Shown here: positions 39,512 to 49,971 of the stretch, piece after piece
Position numbering within the stretch: position 1 is the first letter of the stretch
How the letters are laid out: every line of letters begins with the position of its first letter
NCBI GenBank assembly: GCA_963768655.1
Contig: CAVYIM010000003.1
Span: forward strand, 512,001-576,000
Direction: 5' to 3'
Source of the DNA: an uncultured Chloroflexia bacterium
GTDB taxonomy: Bacteria > Chloroflexota > Limnocylindria > Limnocylindrales > CSP1-4
Length of the DNA: 64,000 nt
Position numbers and translations under genes: made by a program
Notes under the pieces: generated by a model
Database searches by the model: none
What the model saw: only the letters and a program-made list of their open reading frames with translations
Told to the model about the DNA's origin: nothing

Positions 39512-39521
39512 GGGGCGGGAG

Positions 39522-40223
39522 ATGGCAACCGGTGGCCCGCCCGAGAGCGTCGAGTCGGAGATGGTCCGCTACTACGCGGCCCGAGCCGACGAATACGACG
39601 ACTGGTACCTGCGCCGCGGTCGCTACTCGCACGGCCCCGCCAACGACGCAGCCTGGCGTTCAGACCTCGAGGCGGCCGCCGCGTGGCTGGCCAGCCGAGG
39701 GTTTCGTGGCCAGATCGTCGATCTGGCGGCGGGCACCGGCTGGTGGTCGCCGGCGCTGGCAAGGCAGGGGCAGCTCACCCTGTGCGATGCTGCGGCCCAG
39801 CCGCTCGAGAAGGCCCGGGCTCGACTGGCGGCGGCCGGCGTCACCGCGAGATTCGAGATTCGCGATGCCTGGCAGGAGCCCGACCGGTCCGTCGATGGCG
39901 TCTTCGCCGGCTTCTGGATCAGCCACGTCGATCGCCGCCAGCTTGACGAGTTCTTCGAGCTGGTCGCTCGGTGGCTCGTCCCGGGCGGGCTGTTCGCCTT
40001 CATCGACTCGCGCCAGGACCCTGAGTCGGGCGCCCGAGACCATCGCCCGCCCGTCGACGACGTCCAGGTCCGCCGCCTCGACGATGGCACGAGCTTCCAC
40101 GTCCGGAAGGTCTTCTACGAGCCCTCGGATCTCGCGGCGGCGCTGCAGCGAGCCGGTTTCTCGGAGGTCCAGGTAGTCGCCACGGATCGGTTCTTCGTGC
40201 TCGGCTCGGGTCGTCGCCGGTAG
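39522..40223 (+). CDS. Class I SAM-dependent methyltransferase
   Basis: YYAARADEYD, VDLAAGTGWW, GFWISHV, LVPGG. Confidence 0.88.
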   Translation: MATGGPPESVESEMVRYYAARADEYDDWYLRRGRYSHGPANDAAWRSDLEAAAAWLASRGFRGQIVDLAAGTGWWSPALARQGQLTLCDAAAQPLEKARARLAAAGVTARFEIRDAWQEPDRSVDGVFAGFWISHVDRRQLDEFFELVARWLVPGGLFAFIDSRQDPESGARDHRPPVDDVQVRRLDDGTSFHVRKVFYEPSDLAAALQRAGFSEVQVVATDRFFVLGSGRRR

Positions 40224-40309
40224 CTCCGACACTCTGGCCGGGCAGCCGCTAGAGAGGCTGGAGTGAGGCTCCGATTTCAGGATTAACTCAGTCGATAGCT
40301 TGAATATTC

Positions 40310-40395
40310 CATTTGCCTCCTCCCCTCCTCCAAGGGCAAGACGAGAACAAACAAGCCGGTCGCCCCCCATCCCAGCGACCGGCTCTCGTCTGTCT
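40310..40395 (+). ncRNA. Candidate small RNA with C/U-rich (anti-SD) hairpin loops
   Basis: Two adjacent hairpins in an intergenic region; see findings. Confidence 0.4.
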
Positions 40396-40556
40396 GGGGC
40401 CCCGCGAAGCCACCGAAGACGAGCCGTCGGGCCGAACCCGGGTCCATGCCACGGCCGGGCCGTTGTTCGGCTTTTGGTCCCGGCGTCGCCCCCGGACGGC
40501 CAATTTCGCGCGCAACGGCCCCTCGCGGCCGCCCGGCGACGCCTATACTCCGCCGC

Positions 40557-41483
40557 ATGTCGCCGCTTTCGAACCGAACTGTCGCCACTATCGGCTCCGG
40601 CGTGATGGCCGAGTCGATCATCGCCGGGCTGCTCCGGGGCAAGCTCGTCGGCCCGGGTCAGATCGTCGGCAGCGAGCCGCGACCCGAGCGGCGCGAGGAG
40701 CTTGCGAGCCAGTACGGCGTGCGCATGGTCGCCTCCAACCTGGAGGCGGCGAGCGGCGCCGACGTGATCCTGCTTTCGGTCAAGCCACAGACGCTGACCA
40801 AGGTCGGGCACGAGCTGGGCGGCCACCTGTGGCCGAATCAGCTGGTGGTCTCGATCGTGGCCGGGGCCAACTGCAAGGTGCTCACGGCGCTGCTCGACCA
40901 CCGCGAGGTCGTCCGCAGCATGCCGAACACACCCGCCCAGATCGGCCGCGGCATCACCGTCTGGTACGCCACCCCGGAAGTCACCGAGGTGCAGTGCGAC
41001 CAGGCGCGCGTGCTGCTGAGGGCGCTCGGCACGGACCTGCAGGTCGAGGACGAGAAGTTCGTCGAAATGGCCACCGCGGTCAGCGGCACCGGGCCGGCCT
41101 ACGTCTTCCTGGTCATGGAGGCGCTCATCGACGCCGCCGTCCATCTCGGCTTCCCGCGCCACGTCGCCCACGACCTCGTCATCGAGACGCTCGAGGGCAG
41201 CACGGCCTTTGCCAAGGCGACAGCTCAGCACCCTGCGGTGCTGCGGAACATGGTCACCTCGCCGGGCGGCACCAGCGCCGCCGCGATCCACGAGCTCGAG
41301 TCGGGGCGCCTCCGGACTGTCCTCTCCGAGGCGGTTTGGGCGTCCTACCGGCGAACGGTCGAGCTGGGCGCGGAGCTCGAGCTGGGCCTTGGACTCAATG
41401 AGGGCGCGAGCGACGCCACGAACGGTCGGACTTCGAACGGAGCGCGTTCGAAGACATCGACCGCGCAGCGACCCGGTCGCTAG
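40557..41483 (+). CDS. proC: Pyrroline-5-carboxylate reductase
   Basis: IGSGVMA, VKPQ, RSMPNTP, TAVSGTGPAY, VTSPGGTS. Confidence 0.95.
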   Translation: MSPLSNRTVATIGSGVMAESIIAGLLRGKLVGPGQIVGSEPRPERREELASQYGVRMVASNLEAASGADVILLSVKPQTLTKVGHELGGHLWPNQLVVSIVAGANCKVLTALLDHREVVRSMPNTPAQIGRGITVWYATPEVTEVQCDQARVLLRALGTDLQVEDEKFVEMATAVSGTGPAYVFLVMEALIDAAVHLGFPRHVAHDLVIETLEGSTAFAKATAQHPAVLRNMVTSPGGTSAAAIHELESGRLRTVLSEAVWASYRRTVELGAELELGLGLNEGASDATNGRTSNGARSKTSTAQRPGR

Positions 41484-41484
41484 C

Positions 41485-42363
41485 ATGCCTGGGTCCTCCG
41501 GCCCGAGCGGATCGGCCGGCCCGCGCGGCCTGCTGTCGATCTTTCCCCACCCCGACGACGAGAGCTACGGCGCCGGCGGGCTGATGGCCCTGGCCGCGGC
41601 CGCGGGCAATCCCGTCTGGGTCCTGTGCGTCACCAACGGCGACCAGGGCGGACGGCCCGGCGAGATGGGCGTCGATCACTCGCTCGATCCGCAGATCAGG
41701 CTCGAAGAGCTCCGCTGCGCGTGCCGAGAGATGGGCATCGCCGAGCCGATCTTCCTCGGCTACCGCGACTCGGGCATGGAGGGCTGGGGCGCGCCCGAGG
41801 GGTCGCTGGCGCTGGCAGATACGGAGGAAGTCGTGGGCCGGATGGTCGACGTCATCCGTCGCCTGCGGCCGGCCGTGGTCGTGACCTTCGACCCCGGCGG
41901 GATTTACGGCCACCCGGACCACGTCAGGTGCTCGGCCACGGCGACCGAGGCCTACCGGCGGGCTGCGGCCGAACCGGGCGGTCCGACCGCGCTCTACCAC
42001 CAGGTCATGCCGCGCTCCCGCATCGCCGCCATGCGCGCCGCGATGGAGGAGGAGCGGCGCAGCTCGGGTGACACGACTCCGCCGTCCGAGGACGACCGAC
42101 GCCAGCAGGAGGCGTTCGAGCGGCTGGCCCGGCCCGACGAGGAGATAACGACCGTCGTGGCGATCGACGAGGTGCTCGACCGCAAGCTTGCGGCGCTGGC
42201 CTGTCACGACAGCCAGATGCGCGGCCGGCGCTGGGACGACCCGGAGGTTCGGGAGCAGCTGACGAACATGTTCGGCCACGAAACGTTCGTGCGGGTCGAT
42301 CCTCCCCCCGGGCCCGGCGAGCGCGAGGACCGGCCCGTGGGCCTGCAATGGGGCAAGCGGTGA
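41485..42363 (+). CDS. PIG-L family deacetylase (MshB/Mca-like)
   Basis: PHPDDE, GYRDSGM, GIYGHPDH, HDSQ. Confidence 0.9.
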   Translation: MPGSSGPSGSAGPRGLLSIFPHPDDESYGAGGLMALAAAAGNPVWVLCVTNGDQGGRPGEMGVDHSLDPQIRLEELRCACREMGIAEPIFLGYRDSGMEGWGAPEGSLALADTEEVVGRMVDVIRRLRPAVVVTFDPGGIYGHPDHVRCSATATEAYRRAAAEPGGPTALYHQVMPRSRIAAMRAAMEEERRSSGDTTPPSEDDRRQQEAFERLARPDEEITTVVAIDEVLDRKLAALACHDSQMRGRRWDDPEVREQLTNMFGHETFVRVDPPPGPGEREDRPVGLQWGKR

Positions 42364-44348
42364 CCGCGCCGCAGCGCACGGGTCCGGACCGCGAGCGCGC
42401 GGTCGCAGAAGCTGCCCGAGGCGCCCAGGAGAACGGCCGCGTCCGCCGTCCATCCCGCGACGGGCTGACCATCGAGCAGGCCGGCGCGATCGAGGCGCCC
42501 CGCGAGTACCGACTCTCCCCTGACGGCCGCCGAGTGGCCTTCACAGCGGAGGCGGCCGGGGCCCGCCAGATCTTCCTGATGGCGTCGCGCGGCGGTTATC
42601 CGGAGCAGTTGACCGCGACCGAGAAGTCGGCCTCGGATCCGCAGTGGTCGCCAGACGGGCGCCGCCTCGCCTTCGTCCGCGACGAGGCGATCTGGATGAT
42701 CGACGTCGAAGGGGCGCACCAGGCCCTCGTGAGTCAGCACCCGGCCGGCAACCGCGCCCCGCGCTGGTGCGCCGACGGGCATCAGATCGCCTTCATCTCG
42801 CGGCGCCGCGGCTGGGACCAGCTGTGGGTCGTGGACGCGCCGGTCCCGCGTCGGGGCCGCCCCGCGACCCGCCCCCGCTCCCCCGAGCCCATCCCGCTGA
42901 CCGCGCCGGGCGTCGACGTCGACGAGTTCGTGTGGTCGCCGGACGGCCGCCAGATTGCCGTCACCTCGCAGCGTTTGCCGGACCTGCTCACCTCGCAGAT
43001 CCACCTGGTCGACGTGGTCACGGCCCAGGAGCGGCTCGTCGCCGGCGAGGACGCCTGGGAGACCGGCCCGCGCTGGCTGCCGGACGGCTCGGGCCTGTTG
43101 CTGATTTCGGACCGCGACGGCTGGTTCCAGGTCGTCCGAGTCCCGGCCGACGGCAAGGATCGGGCGGTTCTTACGACGGGCCTCCGCGACCATGGCGAGC
43201 CGGGCGGGGGCTGGGGGTACGTGCCCGTGCCATCGCCCGACGGGAAGCTCTTCGCCTGCGTGGAGATCCACGATGGGCTCGTCGATCTACTGATCGGCAA
43301 GCTGCCCGCGCGGGGCGTCTCCGCGGCCGGTCGGACCGGGCCGCGGCTGACGGTCGCGAACCCGTTCGAGGGCGTGTGGATGATCGTCGGCTGGACGCCC
43401 GACGCGACGGCCCTCCTGGCTATCGGGCGCAGCGACCACGCCCCCGACGATCTCTGGCTGCTGCCCGTCCCGGAGACCGCGGCCGGGGGCGCGAAACCCC
43501 GCCAGCTGACCCACTCGTTGCCGACCGTCGTGGACACGGCCCATTTCGCGACCGCCACGCGCATCGCCTTCGAGGCCCGCGACGGGCTGCGGATCGAAGG
43601 CAACCTCTATCTACCCTCGAACGCAACCGGCGAGGAAGCGGTCCGCGTGCCCTGCCTGGTCCACTCGCACGGCGGGCCCACCTCTCAGGCCCTGCGCGAC
43701 TGGCTGCCGTTCCGCCAGCTCGTGGCGGAGGCCGGGATCGCCTTCCTGTCCGTGGACTTTCGCGGATCGACGGGCTACGGCCGCCACTTCCGCTGGGCCA
43801 ACCGCGGCGAGTGGGGCCACGCCGACGCGTTCGACGTCATCGATGCCGCCCACTGGGCGGCGGCGCAGTCCTGGTGCGATGGCCGGCTGGCCCACTACGG
43901 CGCCTCGTACGGCGGCTACATGACGCTCTGCGTCCTGACGGAGGAGCCGTCCCTGTGGCGCGCCGGCATCGACCTGTACGGCGACTCGGACATCGCGGAG
44001 AGCTACCGCCACGGAGATCGTCTGGGTCGGATCGACCTGGAGCGGATGATGGGCCGGCCCGACGACCCCGCGGCCGCCGAGGCCTACCGCCGTGGCTCAC
44101 CGCTCAATCGGGTGGAGCGAATCGAGGCGCCGCTCTTGATCATGCACGGCCGCAAGGACAAGCGCGTCGTGCCGCTGATGACCGAGAAGATCGTCGAGGC
44201 GCTCGAGATCGAAGGTAAGCACTACCAGGTCCACTGGTACGACGAGGAGCCGCACGGCCTTCAGAAGCGCGACAACCGCCGTGACGCCTGGAAACGCTGC
44301 CTGGAATTCCTGAAGCGCCATCTGCTCGAGCAGGTCGACGAAGAGTAA
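42348..44348 (+). CDS. S9 prolyl oligopeptidase family protein
   Basis: WSPDG propeller repeats, HGGP, GASYGG, DKRV, EPHG. Confidence 0.93.
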   Translation: MGQAVTAPQRTGPDRERAVAEAARGAQENGRVRRPSRDGLTIEQAGAIEAPREYRLSPDGRRVAFTAEAAGARQIFLMASRGGYPEQLTATEKSASDPQWSPDGRRLAFVRDEAIWMIDVEGAHQALVSQHPAGNRAPRWCADGHQIAFISRRRGWDQLWVVDAPVPRRGRPATRPRSPEPIPLTAPGVDVDEFVWSPDGRQIAVTSQRLPDLLTSQIHLVDVVTAQERLVAGEDAWETGPRWLPDGSGLLLISDRDGWFQVVRVPADGKDRAVLTTGLRDHGEPGGGWGYVPVPSPDGKLFACVEIHDGLVDLLIGKLPARGVSAAGRTGPRLTVANPFEGVWMIVGWTPDATALLAIGRSDHAPDDLWLLPVPETAAGGAKPRQLTHSLPTVVDTAHFATATRIAFEARDGLRIEGNLYLPSNATGEEAVRVPCLVHSHGGPTSQALRDWLPFRQLVAEAGIAFLSVDFRGSTGYGRHFRWANRGEWGHADAFDVIDAAHWAAAQSWCDGRLAHYGASYGGYMTLCVLTEEPSLWRAGIDLYGDSDIAESYRHGDRLGRIDLERMMGRPDDPAAAEAYRRGSPLNRVERIEAPLLIMHGRKDKRVVPLMTEKIVEALEIEGKHYQVHWYDEEPHGLQKRDNRRDAWKRCLEFLKRHLLEQVDEE

Positions 44349-44378
44349 GGGCGATCTATGTGGGGTCGGCGGGGTGGA

Positions 44379-44775
44379 GTGAATCTGCTCGACACGGACG
44401 AGATGGCGGCCTTCTTCGAGCGGCTCGACCACCTCAATGAGGGTGAGCTTCTCGGCCTGCGCGCCGCCTGGCGATCGACGAGCCGCGGGGCGCACGAGGA
44501 AGCCTGGGCGGCCGTACGGGCCGTCGGTGTGCGCGAGGGCTTGAGCAAGGAGATCGACCGCGTGCGCAACCGGGCGCTTGGCTGGGCATCGCGCGGTTCT
44601 AACTCGAATTCCCTATCGGATCAGCAGCGACGTGACCTGGCTACAGATCAAGATCGAAGCCGGCGAGGCCATCGTCGACGCAGCGCTGGCGCTGGCTCTC
44701 GGCCCCCGCCTCGACGCGAGCACGCGCAAAATCCTGATCGGTCCCTGGTTGCGCGTCACCCAGGGTGCGGAGTAG
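44379..44775 (+). CDS. Hypothetical protein, with a +1 frameshift at ~44607
   Basis: Removing one A from GAATTC joins ...WASRGSNS to IPYRISSDVTW...PWLRVTQGAE. Confidence 0.6.
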
Positions 44776-44932
44776 GGGCCGCTGCCTCCGGGCCCCATCG
44801 TGCAGATGTCCGGCTCAGCCGGACAGGATTGGGCTCTTCGGTTGCGCGTCACCCAGGGTGCGGAGTAGGGGCCGCTGCCTCCGGGCCCCATCGTGCAGAT
44901 GTCCGGCTCAGCCGGACAGGTTTCGGGCTCTT
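44747..44932. repeat. 93-bp-period tandem duplication
   Basis: 81 identical bp at 44747-44827 and 44840-44920, including the gene's stop codon and the hairpin TGTCCGGCTCAGCCGGACA. Confidence 0.9.
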
Positions 44933-45127
44933 TGCAGATCGCCGGCCGATCGACGCCCGATCGGACCAGGAATTCGGCGTATAGAGGTCAATTCGGCCCT
45001 GCGGCCGGCTTCGGAGCGGCGTTTCAGCGTCACCGACCGTCCCGCCGGCGCCCGATCCCGCCGGCGGGCCGATTCGTGTCCGGTTGGGTCGGACGAATGC
45101 AACTTCGACCGCGCGACGATGGCGCCC

Positions 45128-45292
45128 GCCCGCCGCCGACCGCGGCACGTACCGCCCGCCGCCGACCGCGGCACGTACCGCCCGCCGCCGACCGCGGCAC
45201 GTACCGCCCGCCGCCGACCGCGGCACGTACCACCCGCCGCCGACCGCGGCACGTACCACCCGCCGCCGACCGCGGCACGTACCACCCGCCGC
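45128..45292. repeat. 26-bp tandem repeat x6 plus a partial copy (VNTR)
   Basis: RCCCGCCGCCGACCGCGGCACGTACC, head-to-tail, no spacers. Confidence 0.95.
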
Positions 45293-45357
45293 GTCCAGGT
45301 GGCAACGTGAGTTCGCGCCCTTCGCACGGTTTTCGCGCACCGATGTAGGCTCAACGC

Positions 45358-45771
45358 GTGGCAGATCTTCGCGTTGAGCTGCTGGCCGTCGAGGACTGCC
45401 CGCACCTGGAGCAGGCGCGGCGCGATCTGGAGAGCGTGCTCCGCAAGGGGATCATCGAAACCCCGATCCAGCTGATCTTCGTCACCAGCCAGGAGGACGC
45501 CGAGTTCCTCGGCTTCCAGGGCTCGCCGACCATCCGCATCGGGGGTGAGGACGTCGTTCCCCAACCGGAGCTGCCGGTGGCGCTGGCATGCCGGATCTAC
45601 CGCGATGCGGACGGCCGAGCGCTCGGCTCGCCTCCGATCGAAGCCATCGCCGCAGCCGTGGATGCCCACCGCCGCGGCAGGCTCGAGACGTTCCAGCGCG
45701 AGGAGGCGGCGAAGGTCGCCGAGTTCGCGCGCCGCGCCGACGCAGCCGATGACTCCACCAAGGAAGGCTGA
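45358..45771 (+). CDS. Thioredoxin-like protein
   Basis: VEDCPH, FQGSPTIRIGGEDV, ACRIY. Confidence 0.8.
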   Translation: MADLRVELLAVEDCPHLEQARRDLESVLRKGIIETPIQLIFVTSQEDAEFLGFQGSPTIRIGGEDVVPQPELPVALACRIYRDADGRALGSPPIEAIAAAVDAHRRGRLETFQREEAAKVAEFARRADAADDSTKEG

Positions 45772-45775
45772 CCAG

Positions 45776-46750
45776 ATGAGCGTTGCCGATTCCGTTCGAG
45801 TGCTGCCGCAGCGAACGATGCGGTCCCTCTTCATCTCGCTGTCCCACCGCCGGTCGCTCGCCCGAATGGCCGTGCGGAGCCCGCTGACGCGGCCGGTCGT
45901 CGCCCGCTTCGTCGCCGGCGAAACGCTCGAGGCGGCCCTGCCCGCGATCGCGGCCCTCAAACGCGCCGGGATGCGAACCACCGTCGACGTCCTGGGCGAA
46001 TCGGTCAGCTCGGCGGAGCTCGCCTCCGCCGCCGCCGATCGCTACGTCGCGACCCTGCCCGCCCTGGCGTCGGGTGGGCTCGACGCCAACGTCAGCGTCA
46101 AGCTGACCCAGATGGGCCTGGAGATCGACCGCGACCTGTGCCGCTCCAACGTGATGCGGATCATCGACGCGGCGCGGGCCGTGGACGGCTTCGTGCGCTT
46201 CGACATGGAGGACCATACCGCGACCGATGCCACTCTCGCGATCTGGCGGGAGGCCCACGAGGCGTACCCGCAGACCGGCGTCGTGATCCAGGCGGCGTTG
46301 CGGCGGAGTGCCGTCGACGTCGGACGGATCCTCGCCGCGGGCGGCCGGGTTCGGCTGTGCAAGGGCGCCTACGACGAGCCGCGCAGCGTCGCCTACGTGA
46401 ACAAGTCGACGGTGGACGCCAACTACGCGAAGCTGATGGAGCGGCTGCTCAAGTCCGGCTCATACCATGCCCTGGCGACACACGACCCCAAGCTGATCGC
46501 GCAGGCCATCGCCATCGCCGAGCGCGAGGGGATCGGCTCCGGGCGCTTCGAGTTCCAGATGCTCTACGGCGTCCGGCGCGACCTGCAGCGGATGCTCGTC
46601 GCGCGCGGCTACACGGTCCGGATCTACGTGCCGTACGGGCACGAGTGGTATCCGTACTTCATGCGCCGCCTGGCCGAACGCCCGGCCAACGTCGGTTTCA
46701 TGCTGCGGGCGATCCTCAAGGAAGAGGGTCGCCGGGTCCGGGGGCACTGA
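45776..46750 (+). CDS. Proline dehydrogenase (monofunctional)
   Basis: RFVAGET, SVKLTQMG, RFDMED, RLCKGAY, ATHD, EFQMLYG, YFMRRLAERPAN. Confidence 0.95.
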   Translation: MSVADSVRVLPQRTMRSLFISLSHRRSLARMAVRSPLTRPVVARFVAGETLEAALPAIAALKRAGMRTTVDVLGESVSSAELASAAADRYVATLPALASGGLDANVSVKLTQMGLEIDRDLCRSNVMRIIDAARAVDGFVRFDMEDHTATDATLAIWREAHEAYPQTGVVIQAALRRSAVDVGRILAAGGRVRLCKGAYDEPRSVAYVNKSTVDANYAKLMERLLKSGSYHALATHDPKLIAQAIAIAEREGIGSGRFEFQMLYGVRRDLQRMLVARGYTVRIYVPYGHEWYPYFMRRLAERPANVGFMLRAILKEEGRRVRGH

Positions 46751-47151
46751 CCCAAGGCCTGGACCTGGCTTGCGGCGCCAGGGTCCTGAACCGACCCCTG
46801 ACCAGGGTGAACCCGCCCGGATTACTCGTCCGGACGGCGGTATGGGTTCGTTCTCGACCCGACGGAAGGCCCGGTGCCCGGGTGGTGGGCATATCCGACA
46901 GGGAAGCCAACGCGGAGGTCCCTACTCAGTCCCTGCCCATCCGGGGGACAAACGCGCCCACCCACCCGCTTCGGCCGGGAACCCGGTATCTGGCGTCAAA
47001 CGTGTGGGTCGAGTTGGGCAGATTCGGCGACTCAGGCGGGGCCCGGATGCAGTGACGTCTCATATGCCCACCAGGCGGGCAGTCAGCGCCAGATCTGGCC
47101 GGTGCGGTCGAATGTGTACCTATGTCTGGGCCGGGTCGACCAGATGCCCGG

Positions 47152-47250
47152 GCTCTGCCGCCCTCTGCCGCCCTCTGCCGCCCTCGCCAAGCCTCTGCCG
47201 CCCTCGCCAAGCCTCGGCCGCCCTCGTGCCCTCTTCCGCCTTCTGCCGAG
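47152..47250. repeat. Low-complexity CTCTGCCGCC / CTCGCCAAGC 10-mer repeats
   Basis: Seen directly in a convergent intergenic region. Confidence 0.7.
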
Positions 47251-47254
47251 CCCG

Positions 47255-47935
47255 TCAGCCCTCGCTCACCGGCTGGCGCAGCACCGTCTTGAGCTTCGCG
47301 GGATCCGACCGGCGCGGGTCGCCCAGGTAGATCTCGTGGTGAGCGCCGCGCGGCCGGAGGCCCCGGACGGTGATGAAGGCGTGGAGCCGCTCGATAGTGG
47401 GGCGCTCCTGCGAGTACGGCCCGATGTGCATGACCTGGGCGGAGCGCCCTTCCCGCCAGCGCTCCAGGCGCAGCCGGTCCAGCTGATCCGAGTCGCCTTT
47501 CTTGCGCCGCACCTCCGCAACGGCCTCCTCGAATACCGCCGGGGTCACGTCGTCCGAGACCGCGAGCATCGCCCGCCAGCCCCACTTCTCGGGCGCGACG
47601 TTCATGTCGAAGGCTTCGTCCTCGCCGGTGAACCAGAGCGCCTCGAGCGGCAGGACCGGCATGGCCAGACCGTCGCGCTTGAGGCGGAACTTGATCGAGT
47701 AGACGAGCGGGAACAGGGCGGCGAAGGCCTTCTGGAAATCGGTCGTGGGGTAGTCGGCCCCTTCGTCGGGCGCTCCCCTGCCGTCGATCATCAGGTAGCC
47801 GAGCTCGGGCACGTCCACGAGGACCGGATCCCGAGGCGGGTTGAAGAGCGGCGCCAGCCTCTTCTTGAGGTCGGGAGCCGCCGGCGCGGTTGTCGGTGCA
47901 GTTCCCGACGCGGTCCTGGTCGTCGTCGTGGCCAT
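47255..47935 (-). CDS. GyrI-like domain protein
   Basis: YLMIDGRG, PLEALW, MHIGPY, HHEIYLGDPRR, LKTVLRQP. Confidence 0.88.
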   Translation of the reverse strand: MATTTTRTASGTAPTTAPAAPDLKKRLAPLFNPPRDPVLVDVPELGYLMIDGRGAPDEGADYPTTDFQKAFAALFPLVYSIKFRLKRDGLAMPVLPLEALWFTGEDEAFDMNVAPEKWGWRAMLAVSDDVTPAVFEEAVAEVRRKKGDSDQLDRLRLERWREGRSAQVMHIGPYSQERPTIERLHAFITVRGLRPRGAHHEIYLGDPRRSDPAKLKTVLRQPVSEG

Positions 47936-48031
47936 TGCTTCCTCCTGCGGCGAATGCAGGTGACTTCTACGGCCTCGGGCGGGGTTAGGGTCAAGCCTTC
48001 GGGCGCTGAGCGCCAGGGCCGTGCGGCGCGG

Positions 48032-48511
48032 CTATCCCAGCGAGGCCGCCATCTGGTCGCAATGCTCTTCGATGTGGCCCGCCAGCATCTCGTCCGCGAT
48101 CTGCTTGACGGTCATGTCGCCTTTGGTCTTATGCGACCCGCGGCGCGCGCACTGCCGGTCGTCCAGCTCGAGCAGGCGGCGAACCACTCGCTCCAGGTGG
48201 AAGTCCAGGCGGAAGTACAGCTCGGAAACGGGCAGGCTTCGGTCGCGGTCGACCGTCAGCAGCCGGATGAGATCGCTTGGTGCCCGGCCGAACGGAACCG
48301 GCTCCATCGGGGCGGCGAGGATGCGCTCGATCTCGCCCAGCCAGTAGGGGAGCATCTCATCGACGTGGGCGAGCGTCTCGCGGGCGACCCATTCGCGCGA
48401 ACGCGGCAGGTCGTCGGGCGCGGGCGGGCTCATCTCCACCTTGGTGCGGAGCCGGACGAGGCGGTCGCGGGCGACTCGCAGCCGCTCGACCTCCGGATAC
48501 AGGGTCGCCAT
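48032..48511 (-). CDS. DinB-family protein
   Basis: W..RETLAHVDE..PYW...HIEEHCDQ. Confidence 0.8.
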   Translation of the reverse strand: MATLYPEVERLRVARDRLVRLRTKVEMSPPAPDDLPRSREWVARETLAHVDEMLPYWLGEIERILAAPMEPVPFGRAPSDLIRLLTVDRDRSLPVSELYFRLDFHLERVVRRLLELDDRQCARRGSHKTKGDMTVKQIADEMLAGHIEEHCDQMAASLG

Positions 48512-48725
48512 ATCTCGGGCTTCTCTCCCTCCGGGGCGAGGTCGTGTGGTTTGGGCTGACCTCGCCCACAGAGATTACTCGAACCGGCGAGAGACCGGGA
48601 AGCTGGCCAGGAACGCGGTCGGGCCGATCCCTCAGGTTCCGGCGCCTCGAATCCGTCGTCCGGCTGGGAAGATGGTTGGCGCGTTTCTCCGGCCGGCCCC
48701 GGCTGACGCGCGACCTTTCTTCCGC

Positions 48726-49691
48726 CTACACCTCTTCGAGGAGAGTCGGGCGAGATTCGGACGGCGTCGCCGTCTGGGCCAGCAGAACGCCGGTCAGGAC
48801 CAGCAACGCGCCGACGATCTGCAGCGGGGCGAGCGTCTCGCCGAGGAAGCCCACACCCAGGGCAATGACCACGAGCGGCTCCACGGTTGCCATGAGGGAC
48901 GCCTGCGCCGCCCCGATTCGCGCCACCGACGCGTAGAACGCCTGGATGGCGATCGCGGCCGCGAACAGGCCTATGCCGAACAAGCCGGGCCACGCCTCCA
49001 CCGGGACGCCCCACGGCACGAGCGGCTCGCGGGCGGCTGCGGCGATGACGAACATCGTCAGCCACGTGCCGGTCATCATCACTGCGCCGGCGACGGGCGG
49101 CGAAACCTCGGCGCCCTTGCCCTTCGAGCGCATGTCGGCGGTCTGGCCCGGCCGCTCGCCTGCCATCCAGGCCGCGAGGATGATGTATACGGCGTAGGTC
49201 AGCGGCGAGAGCGCCCCGATCGCGACCCCCAGTCCGTCGACTCCGGCCTCGATTCCCCCGATCGTCAGGATCGCCCCCGTCAGCACGACCGCGAGCGAGC
49301 CCCAGGCCAGGCGGCCCCGGAACGGGTAGCCGAGCCTCATCGACAGCACCGCGACCACGGCCGGGTACGCGTACATCAGAAGCGCCTCGAGCGAGGTCGG
49401 GATGCGCTGGACGGCGGCGTAGTACACGCTCGCGGTCATGACGAAGGTCGCGCCGGTGAAGAGAAGGCGCCCGGTCGTCCGGCGGTCGAGCAGGCGAAGC
49501 TCGGCCCGTGCTCTCGGTTGGGCGAACAGCCACAGCCAGCTGATCACGGTCGCGAAGAAGAAGCGCCACGCCAGCAGCGCAATCCAGTCCAGCCCCGCGT
49601 GGTAGACGCTCTTGGCGAAGAGCGGCCCGGTACCGTACGCGACGCCCGAGAGGGCGCCGAGCGCGATGCCAACGACTTTTCGACGGTCCAT
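48726..49691 (-). CDS. DMT/EamA transporter
   Basis: About 10 TM helices, LLMYAYP, ATVEP, GFLGE. Confidence 0.9.
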   Translation of the reverse strand: MDRRKVVGIALGALSGVAYGTGPLFAKSVYHAGLDWIALLAWRFFFATVISWLWLFAQPRARAELRLLDRRTTGRLLFTGATFVMTASVYYAAVQRIPTSLEALLMYAYPAVVAVLSMRLGYPFRGRLAWGSLAVVLTGAILTIGGIEAGVDGLGVAIGALSPLTYAVYIILAAWMAGERPGQTADMRSKGKGAEVSPPVAGAVMMTGTWLTMFVIAAAAREPLVPWGVPVEAWPGLFGIGLFAAAIAIQAFYASVARIGAAQASLMATVEPLVVIALGVGFLGETLAPLQIVGALLVLTGVLLAQTATPSESRPTLLEEV

Positions 49692-49971
49692 CGCGCAAGG
49701 CTAGCAGGAGATGCCTGGAGGTTCCGGCGGCCTACCGTGGCGGGTAGGTATGATCTTCGAAGGAGCCTGGTGCGGGCACGCAAATGGCCCGTTGCGCCAG
49801 CGCACGATGCGTTCGGAGTAGGCCGAATCACACCTGTGGCCCCTACATGCAGACTACCGCCCGAGTACCTCTCAAACGGTACGAGTGAGTCATATGCCCG
49901 ATTCGCGGCCGGCCCTAGGATCTCCGACATCGAGGCGACCGATCGGTTGCCAGCTCCTGAGGTCGAATGCG

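Noticed and set aside
45128-45292. CRISPR array
   Set aside because: Head-to-tail 26-bp units with no spacers.
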